The position numbers and the translations under genes are program-made. A DNA stretch of 41,525 nucleotides, from positions 1-41,525 of the forward strand of contig CAYIWV010000002.1 in NCBI GenBank assembly GCA_964367315.1. Reading direction: 5' to 3'. This document shows, piece by piece, positions 25,568 through 32,255 of this stretch (the first letter of the stretch is position 1; each line of letters opens with the position of its first letter). The notes beneath the pieces are model-generated. The model was not told the origin of the DNA. It saw only the letters and a list, made by a program, of their open reading frames with translations, and ran no database searches. Origin of the DNA: an uncultured Candidatus Saccharibacteria bacterium (GTDB lineage Bacteria > Patescibacteriota > Minisyncoccia > Phycocordibacterales > SBAW01).

Positions 25568-26530
25568 ATGACGATGCTTATCGTCGAAGTATGTCAAAAC
25601 CACAACGGCTCGCGAGAGACCTTGCGAGAGATGATCAGGGTTGCCGCGAAGAGCGGTGCCGATATTGTCAAAATGCAGTCGATCTGGGCTGCCGACCTCA
25701 CAAACCGTCCATGGTTTGAGGAGGGCGAGGTGCATGAGCGCACTGGGATTCGCACGGCAGTCCGTCGACCCTACGCTGTCGAGTTTGAGCGACTTTCCAA
25801 GCTCGACCTCACACTCGACGACCACCAGTTCTTCAACGAGACGTGTCTGGAGAGTGGCGTCATTCCGATGACAACCATCTTTGCGCGGCATCGGATCGAA
25901 GAAGTGGCGGGGGGGTATGTGCCGGGGAGATGGACCAAGGTGGCAAGCTATGATTGTGCGAGCTACCCGATGCTCATCGAGCTGGCCGAGCACTACGACA
26001 ACTTCGTCATCTCGACGGGGGCGACGTATGATGAGGAGGTAGGGCAAACCGCCGACCTCATGAAGAGGCTCGGCAAGCGCTTCGTCTTCCTCCATTGCGT
26101 GACGAGTTACCCCAATGCGCTCCAGGAGTGCCATCTCTCCCGCATGCAGTGGCTCCGGCAGTTTACCCCCGAGGTGGGGTGGTCGGACCACACCAAAGTG
26201 AGCGAGAACGGCACCGTTGCTGCCAAGGCTGCGCTTGCGCTTGGAGCAAGCTATATCGAGCGGCACTTCACCGTCCTTGAGGAAGACAGGACCAAGGACG
26301 GCCCCGTCTCAATCACACCAGCAATGCTTGAAGATCTCTCGGCGTTCCGGGACTACTCCCCTGAGAAGCAGGCCCAAGTGCTCGACGCGACGTATCCGTT
26401 CTGGCGCGTCACGATCGGCAAGCCGGAGCGGGAGATGGGACACATCGAGCTGCTTAACCGCGACTACTATCGAGGGCGCTTCGCAAGCCCCAAAGAGGGC
26501 GGCGGTTGGCGTTACAATTGGGAGCGATAG
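25568..26530 (+). CDS. NeuB-family (N-acylneuraminate / nonulosonate synthase-like) TIM-barrel enzyme without a recognisable SAF domain
   Basis: LIVEVCQNHNGSRETLREMIRVAAKSGADIVKMQS matches the NeuB N-terminal signature (iAEiG.NHnG....A..lI..A...GAd.vKfQ). GWSDHT matches the G.SDHT motif. Confidence 0.75.
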   Translation: MTMLIVEVCQNHNGSRETLREMIRVAAKSGADIVKMQSIWAADLTNRPWFEEGEVHERTGIRTAVRRPYAVEFERLSKLDLTLDDHQFFNETCLESGVIPMTTIFARHRIEEVAGGYVPGRWTKVASYDCASYPMLIELAEHYDNFVISTGATYDEEVGQTADLMKRLGKRFVFLHCVTSYPNALQECHLSRMQWLRQFTPEVGWSDHTKVSENGTVAAKAALALGASYIERHFTVLEEDRTKDGPVSITPAMLEDLSAFRDYSPEKQAQVLDATYPFWRVTIGKPEREMGHIELLNRDYYRGRFASPKEGGGWRYNWER

Positions 26531-26540
26531 ACGCACCATG

Positions 26541-26571
26541 CGGCCTGGGAAACTTCCCGGGCCGCTTTTTT
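26541..26571 (+). terminator. Intrinsic terminator
   Basis: CGGCCTGGGAA..TTCCCGGGCCG hairpin at 26541-26564 (about 10 bp with one G-U pair) followed by CTTTTTT. Confidence 0.6.
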
Positions 26572-26588
26572 GTTGTAGGATGTACCTC

Positions 26589-27314
26589 ATGCATGTCCTT
26601 GCACTCATTCCTGCCCGCGGCGGTTCTAAGGGTGTCCCGCGGAAAAACATAAAGCCATTCTGCGGCAAACCGCTCATCGCGTGGACGATCGAAGAGGCGA
26701 AAAAATCTAAGCATATAACCCGCGTTATCGTCTCAACCGACGATGAGGAGATTGCGGGTATTGCTCGGCGCTATGGCGCTGAGGTGCCGTTTATGCGCCC
26801 CGCAGAGATTGCGGGGGACACTACACTGGATCAACCGGTTTTTGAGCATGCGTTGCGGTGGCTCAAAGAGCACGAAGGATATATACCGGATATTGTTGTG
26901 CATTTACGCGCAAATAGTCCGCTCCGGATTGTGAGCGACATCGACCAGGGTATTGAACTCATGCAGAGTAACCCGCATGCCGATTCGGTGCGAGCAGTAG
27001 TGAAGGCGTCGCTCCATCCGCTGAAGACCTATACGTTGCGCGAAGACCATACACTTGCGCCATTTATACCCGAGGAGGTGTATGGCATCAAAGAACCATA
27101 CAATCTCCCATGGCAGTCGCTCCCCACCGCGTATGCGACAGGAGGATATCTCTCGGTTATACGGCCGGAGACCATATTGGAGAAGCGCTCTATTTGCGGT
27201 GATGTAATGCTTGGGTTTGAAGTAGATGCGGCACATGTGGTCGATATCGACACGCCGCTGCAATTCGCGGTAGCTGAAACTCTTATGCAGAAACGGCTTG
27301 ACGGAACACTATAA
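26589..27314 (+). CDS. Acylneuraminate cytidylyltransferase (NeuA / CMP-sugar synthetase)-like, paralogue 1
   Basis: ATG at 26589 with AGGA 8 nt upstream (ATG at 26580 also in frame). Signature ALIPARGGSKGVPRKNIKPFCGKPLIAWTI. Confidence 0.85.
   Translation: MHVLALIPARGGSKGVPRKNIKPFCGKPLIAWTIEEAKKSKHITRVIVSTDDEEIAGIARRYGAEVPFMRPAEIAGDTTLDQPVFEHALRWLKEHEGYIPDIVVHLRANSPLRIVSDIDQGIELMQSNPHADSVRAVVKASLHPLKTYTLREDHTLAPFIPEEVYGIKEPYNLPWQSLPTAYATGGYLSVIRPETILEKRSICGDVMLGFEVDAAHVVDIDTPLQFAVAETLMQKRLDGTL
26727..26787 (+). repeat. 61-nt patch that is 59/61 identical to 27539-27599 (within the tandem NeuA-like paralogues)
   Basis: Direct comparison by eye. The only differences are gagatTgcGggt versus gagatCgcAggt. 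Confidence 0.85.
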
Positions 27315-27382
27315 CACTCTCTTTTCTTAGGGCAAAAATATGATATGCTCCGAACGGATCCTAGTATCACAAGGAGGAGCGC

Positions 27383-28144
27383 ATGGCTGCGCCGTACTGT
27401 CATGAGGGCCTCGCGCTTATACCAGCTCGAGGGGGTTCGAAAGGGATTCCGCGGAAGAACATAAAGCTGTTCTGCGGCAAGCCCTTGATCGCCTGGACGA
27501 TCGAGGAAGCCAAAAAGTCGAAACATATTACCCGTATCATCGTCTCAACCGACGATGAGGAGATCGCAGGTATTGCTCGGCGCTATGGCGCTGAGGTGCT
27601 CCGACGACCTTCCGAAATTTCGGGGGATTCTACGCCGGATTTGCCGGTATTCGAACATGCTATTCGCACGCTTGAGGCAGATAACTATCTCCCTGAGTTT
27701 GTGGTGCATCTTCGGGCAACTGGGCCGCTGCGAGTCGCCCTTGATATCAACCGGGGCATCGAGCTCTTGCTCGAGAACCCGCAGGCCGATTCAGTACGAG
27801 CGGTGATGAAGGCGCCGCTCCACCCGCTCAAGACCTATGCGCTTGGGGAAGGGGGAGTGTTGGGGCCGTTTGTCCCGGCAGGGGTTTTTTCTATCGAGGA
27901 GCCCTTCAATCTGCCTTGGCAGAATTTGCCGCGGGCATACACGACCGGCGGATATCTCTCGGTCATACGGCCCGCGACTATCCTTGCCGGGTCTATGAGC
28001 GGAAGCACGATGCTCGGGTTTGAAGTCGACCCCGCTCATGTGGTAGACATCGATACCCAAGCGCAATTCTTGCTTGCCGAGATGCTCATGCGCGAGCGTC
28101 TTAGTGAAACACTTGAGCCTGGGGGAGCATCCCGCTCCTTTTAG
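27383..28144 (+). CDS. Acylneuraminate cytidylyltransferase (NeuA)-like, paralogue 2
   Basis: AAGGAGGAG SD 5 nt upstream. ALIPARGGSKGIPRKNIKLFCGKPLIAWTIEEAKKSKHITRIIVSTDDEEIAGIARRYGAEV is nearly identical to paralogue 1. Confidence 0.85.
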   Translation: MAAPYCHEGLALIPARGGSKGIPRKNIKLFCGKPLIAWTIEEAKKSKHITRIIVSTDDEEIAGIARRYGAEVLRRPSEISGDSTPDLPVFEHAIRTLEADNYLPEFVVHLRATGPLRVALDINRGIELLLENPQADSVRAVMKAPLHPLKTYALGEGGVLGPFVPAGVFSIEEPFNLPWQNLPRAYTTGGYLSVIRPATILAGSMSGSTMLGFEVDPAHVVDIDTQAQFLLAEMLMRERLSETLEPGGASRSF

Positions 28145-28193
28145 GCGGAAATGCGGTATACTCCGCATCGGAGTTCTTTAACAGGAGGAGCGC

Positions 28194-29705
28194 ATGAAGG
28201 CGCCAAAAGTCTGCTTTATTTCGACGCCCTCGCCGTTCCTCTTGGACGAGCGCGGGTTTCCCTTCTTGGGGGTGCTTAAGTTGCCGCCGATCTTGGCGCG
28301 CAATGACATCGCCTCCGAGGTCATGGACCTCTCGGGGCTCACCAACTACCTCGAGGTGCTGGCTGCTCATGCGGCCCGCACCGAGGCGACGCACTTCGGG
28401 ATCACGGCGACGACGCCGCAGTTCCCTGCGGCGGTCAAAATCGCCAAGAAGCTCCGCGAAGTGCGTCCCGACGCGTGTCTCATTCTTGGTGGCACGCATT
28501 CCACGCTTACGGTTGCGGGTACCAAGTACGAGAAGGCCCAGGGGCGCGACGGGAGAGCCCACCGCGCCTACCGGCAGCTCGAAGAGCATTTCGACGTCAT
28601 CGTAAGCGGCGACGGGGAGCGGACTATCCTCCTCGCGCTCAAGCCCGATGCGCCGAAGCTCATCGACGCGGACGACCGCAAGTCCCCGCTGTTCCTTCGG
28701 GATAGCGATGTGGAGCTCGAGTCGGTATTCCCGGCGCGAGAGCTCATCGACCTCGGGAGCTACCGGTACTTCATCGACGGGGAGAAGGCCACGTCGATCA
28801 TTGCCCAACTGGGGTGCCCCTATAAGTGCGGGTTTTGCGCGGGGCGCGCGTCGCCCATGTTGCGCAACATCCGCACCCGAAGCGCCGAGAGCATCATCGA
28901 GGAGATGATGCTCATCTATCGGCAGTGGGGCATCCGCGGCATCATGTTCTACGACGACGAGCTCAATGTCTCGCCGGACATGATTACGCTCATGGAGCGG
29001 ATCGCGAAAGCGGGCCGTGACCATGGCATCGAGTGGAAGCTGCGCGGGTTCATCAAATCCGAGCGGTTTACCAGGGAGCAGGCCGAGGCCATGCTCGAGG
29101 CGGGGTTCCGCCAGATCCTCATCGGGTTCGAGTCCGGCTCGCCGCGGATTTTGGAGAACATCCAAAAGATCGCGACGCAGGAGGACAACACCCGCTGTAT
29201 GGATATCGCGCGCGACACGGGGCTTAAAGTCAAAGCCCTTATGTCGCTCGGGCATCCGGGCGAGTCCGAGGGTACCATCGAGGACACCCGCAAGTGGCTC
29301 GTGGACGTGCGGCCGTCGGATTTCGACGAGACGGTCATCACGCCCTACCCGGGCTCCCCGTACTTCGACCAAGCTATCCCGGTCGAGGGGAGCGGCTCCA
29401 AGTACGTCTACACGTGCAAAAATGGGGACCGCCTCTTCCAAGAGGAGGTCAACTACACGCTCGATGCGGACTACTACAAAGGCGACCCGGAGGACGGCTA
29501 TATCAGCCACGTCTGGACGCCGGACTTAAGCCAGGATGACCTGGTGCGGCTGCGCAACGAGTTGGAGACGAACGTCAGGCGCATGCTCGATATCCCCTTC
29601 AATCCGAGCCGAGCCTCGCAATCCTACGAGCACTCCATGGGGCAGACGCAACTGCCCGATTGGATACTCCGCAGGAGCAATCCTGCACCCCTCGCCGCCC
29701 CGTAG
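28194..29705 (+). CDS. Cobalamin-binding-domain (class B type) radical SAM enzyme 2
   Basis: AGGAGGAG SD upstream. N-terminal B12-type domain (VCFISTPSP...HFGITATTPQF...ILGGTHST) and cluster motif QLGCPYKCGFCAG. Confidence 0.85.
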   Translation: MKAPKVCFISTPSPFLLDERGFPFLGVLKLPPILARNDIASEVMDLSGLTNYLEVLAAHAARTEATHFGITATTPQFPAAVKIAKKLREVRPDACLILGGTHSTLTVAGTKYEKAQGRDGRAHRAYRQLEEHFDVIVSGDGERTILLALKPDAPKLIDADDRKSPLFLRDSDVELESVFPARELIDLGSYRYFIDGEKATSIIAQLGCPYKCGFCAGRASPMLRNIRTRSAESIIEEMMLIYRQWGIRGIMFYDDELNVSPDMITLMERIAKAGRDHGIEWKLRGFIKSERFTREQAEAMLEAGFRQILIGFESGSPRILENIQKIATQEDNTRCMDIARDTGLKVKALMSLGHPGESEGTIEDTRKWLVDVRPSDFDETVITPYPGSPYFDQAIPVEGSGSKYVYTCKNGDRLFQEEVNYTLDADYYKGDPEDGYISHVWTPDLSQDDLVRLRNELETNVRRMLDIPFNPSRASQSYEHSMGQTQLPDWILRRSNPAPLAAP

Positions 29706-29723
29706 CGGCGAGGTTTTCTTTTT
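29691..29723 (+). terminator. Intrinsic terminator overlapping the stop codon
   Basis: CTCGCCGC (29691-29698), a 6-nt loop, GCGGCGAG (29705-29712), then GTTTTCTTTTT. Confidence 0.65.
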
Positions 29724-29750
29724 GCCTCCTTGGCGCTATCATGAGCTCGC

Positions 29751-32255
29751 ATGGATATATCATGGCGCAGACTCGCTCCTGCGGCCCTTTTAGTCGGATT
29801 CGCTTTTTTTGTATTTGCGCCGGTACTCTTTTTCGGCCGGGCTTTTTTCGGCGAGGAGCAATTTGGTTTTTATTATGCGATATCCTATTTTGTCGACCAG
29901 TGGGTACAGGTAGGCGTGCCGCATTGGCAAGGGGCCTACTTTGGCGGCGTACCGACGAGCCTCGATCAGTTTTACGGCGCTTTTTACCCGCCTAATCTCG
30001 CCCTCTTCTCGCTCTTCGATTTCTTTTTTGCGCACCACCTTTCAATAACGCTCGCAACCGCGGCAGGGCTCCTTTTTGCACATTGGTTCGGGAGGCTCCA
30101 GGGATGGGGGAATGCGGCGTCGATTACATTTGCACTCGGTTATTTTTCAGCGACAACCTATGCCTGGCTCCAAATCGGCACGCTGGCCGCTCATTCGTTT
30201 GCAGTGCTCCCTGCGATGCTCGTCGCGGTGCACTACGCGGCGCATTCGCGCCGATGGCGTGTCGCCATCCTTGGCGGGGGAGTCGCGCTTGGTATCGGCT
30301 TTTTGGCAGGGTTCATGCAAATTGTTTTTTACAATTATGTTATTGCCGGCCTCTATGCGTTGTTCCTAGATTGGGAGCGAGTAAAAAGTTCTCGAGAAAA
30401 TAGTCTGGTTGAGCCGATGGAGACGGCGACCCGAGGACTTTTTCGAGGGAACTTTTTACGCAGCTCTCTATCGTACGTAGGGATGACGCTCCTCGGGCTC
30501 CTCATTGGCCTCAATCAATTTTTGCCTTCGGCCGCGCTTATCGACTCGACCATACGCACCTCGACTTATGCAGTGCAAAACGCGACGTACCCGAACGTTA
30601 CCGAGTTCATCGCATTCGTACTGCCTCCCTATTTTTCCGTCCCATTCTTCGGCGGGGGCGGTGCGGCCGGGTTTTACGTAGGCGCACTGGGACTTGTGTG
30701 CGCGGTACTCGCGCTCACGCACTTTCGTACCAGGGCAGTGCTGTTCTTTGCAGGAATCTATATGTTCGTCATGGCGCTCGCGTTCCGTCTGCCGCTCTTC
30801 GGCTGGCTTAACGAGCATGTCCCGCCCTTCTCGCATATGGGGGGTAATTTCCGCTGGAGCATTGCTGCTGCCTTCCCGCTGGCGTACCTTGCCGCCGCGG
30901 GGGTAGAGGGTTTATTGCGCTCGGGGCTCTCTCACCGCGCACTCAATTGGATAATTGGTATATGCGCGAGTATTGTAGCGGCGCTTGTCGGGGGGAGCCT
31001 TGCGCTTCAGGCTGCTGTCTCGTGGATCGCCGCATCGCCCGAAATGCCTACGCGGCTTGTGGCATGGTACACCGGTGGCCGCGCACTCGTCTACCCACCG
31101 GAGCATTACCTGGCAATCTTCTCCAAAACACTTGGTGATGTCTCGGCACAGTTCGCGCTCTTTTCGCCGCGCTTCGCGTTTGGCGTACTCTTATGGGTTT
31201 TAGTGCTCGGATTTTTTGTATGGTATCGCCGCGGTGCCACCCGCTATGCGCTACATGCGGTGGTCGCGATCTTCCTTGTCACGGCGAGCGGCACCGCAGT
31301 GCTGCAGTGGAGCGACTTTGTCCCGCAGTCGCTTTATGCCGAGGAACCCCAGCTCTCGAAGCTTTTACATAAGGAGGAGCTTGACCAGCACGCATATCGT
31401 GTGCTCGGATATGTCGTCGGGGACGGCATGTTCGCGCAACTCGCCGACACATCCACGCTGACGCCTGCGCAAAACACTGTATTCCAGCGCGAGTCCCTGG
31501 CGAACAACTCGAATCTTTTTTGGGACATCGATCGCATGGACGGCATGGAGCCGTACCGCACCCTGCGCGCCAATCGCTTGCTTAATACCGTCGTTGCGCA
31601 CGACAGCGCCGCGTACGTATTTGATGATGCGAGCCCGAGGCTTAAGGATAGTGCTCTCGACCAGCTCTACAACCGCGACGTGCAAAAACAAGTGCCGATC
31701 GGGGAGAAGCTCGCCGATTTTAAAAAGCGCCTTCCGCTCATTTCGATGATGAATGTCAAATACGTCTATTCGCCTTACGCCCTTTCTGCGCCGGGGCTCC
31801 TGCCGCTTGCGGTGCTACGGATCGGAGAGAGGGTGCCGGTCGATCTCCATGTCTATGAAAATACTCGGGTCTTGCCGCGCGCGTATTTCTCGACCGGGCA
31901 GCACTTTGCGGCGGGGGAGCGTGAAGCGCTTATAGCAACGGTCGGGGCAAAAGACTTCGCGCGCGAAACGATCATTGAGTGCGTCGCGTGCGCTGCGCAC
32001 GCCGGGGGTACGGGCGAAATTGAAGTTGCCGGGTATAAGAGCGGCCGCGTTGAACTCGCAACGGAAGCCCTGGGAGCCCGCTGGCTTGTCCTCTCGGAGT
32101 CGCACTTCCCCGGCTGGCGAGCGTACATTGACGGCAAAGAGACGCCGATCCATACTGCAAACTACTTATTCCAGGCAATCGAGGTGCCGGAAGGGCAGCA
32201 TCAGATCGTATTTGAGTATAAAGACCGTTTTACGTTTGCGGATTTGTTGAGATGA
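29751..32255 (+). CDS. YfhO-family GT-C membrane glycosyltransferase, paralogue 2
   Basis: 834-aa polytopic protein. GEEQFGFYY follows TM1. C-terminal signature FPGWRAYIDGKETPIHTANYLFQAIEVPEGQHQIVFEY. Confidence 0.8.
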   Translation: MDISWRRLAPAALLVGFAFFVFAPVLFFGRAFFGEEQFGFYYAISYFVDQWVQVGVPHWQGAYFGGVPTSLDQFYGAFYPPNLALFSLFDFFFAHHLSITLATAAGLLFAHWFGRLQGWGNAASITFALGYFSATTYAWLQIGTLAAHSFAVLPAMLVAVHYAAHSRRWRVAILGGGVALGIGFLAGFMQIVFYNYVIAGLYALFLDWERVKSSRENSLVEPMETATRGLFRGNFLRSSLSYVGMTLLGLLIGLNQFLPSAALIDSTIRTSTYAVQNATYPNVTEFIAFVLPPYFSVPFFGGGGAAGFYVGALGLVCAVLALTHFRTRAVLFFAGIYMFVMALAFRLPLFGWLNEHVPPFSHMGGNFRWSIAAAFPLAYLAAAGVEGLLRSGLSHRALNWIIGICASIVAALVGGSLALQAAVSWIAASPEMPTRLVAWYTGGRALVYPPEHYLAIFSKTLGDVSAQFALFSPRFAFGVLLWVLVLGFFVWYRRGATRYALHAVVAIFLVTASGTAVLQWSDFVPQSLYAEEPQLSKLLHKEELDQHAYRVLGYVVGDGMFAQLADTSTLTPAQNTVFQRESLANNSNLFWDIDRMDGMEPYRTLRANRLLNTVVAHDSAAYVFDDASPRLKDSALDQLYNRDVQKQVPIGEKLADFKKRLPLISMMNVKYVYSPYALSAPGLLPLAVLRIGERVPVDLHVYENTRVLPRAYFSTGQHFAAGEREALIATVGAKDFARETIIECVACAAHAGGTGEIEVAGYKSGRVELATEALGARWLVLSESHFPGWRAYIDGKETPIHTANYLFQAIEVPEGQHQIVFEYKDRFTFADLLR

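Noticed and set aside
26217-26588. N-terminal extensions of ORF-track entries (26217, 22856, 34188, 8656, 14050, 38789, 39592, 5545 and 16292 as starts).
   Set aside because: The extensions run through upstream genes and/or terminators and translate to Arg/Ser/Pro-rich junk. Internal ATGs coincide with conserved N-termini (for example ALIPARGGSKG and ILVTGCAGFIG) and with ATGA or short overlaps typical of this operon.
28150-28167. Hairpin ATGCGG-TATACT-CCGCAT after NeuA-like paralogue 2, considered as a terminator.
   Set aside because: The stem is only 6 bp with no following T-run, and it lies 15 nt before a strong SD. It is more likely part of the 5' region of the next gene than a terminator.
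28101-29510. Long antisense ORFs opposite well-supported genes. Examples: 28101-29510(-) 469 aa, 36557-37858(+) 433 aa, 2090-3313(-) 407 aa, 37683-38765(-) 360 aa, 8677-9642(-) 321 aa, 21313-22275(-) 320 aa, 10226-11119(-) 297 aa, 12347-13213(-) 288 aa and 25496-26266(-) 256 aa.
   Set aside because: Their translations are Arg/Ala/Gly/Pro/His-rich low-complexity sequence with no recognisable motifs, as expected for stop-poor antisense frames in GC-rich DNA. The opposite-strand ORFs carry clear catalytic motifs (CxxxCxxC, GxGxxG, YxxxK, EX7E).
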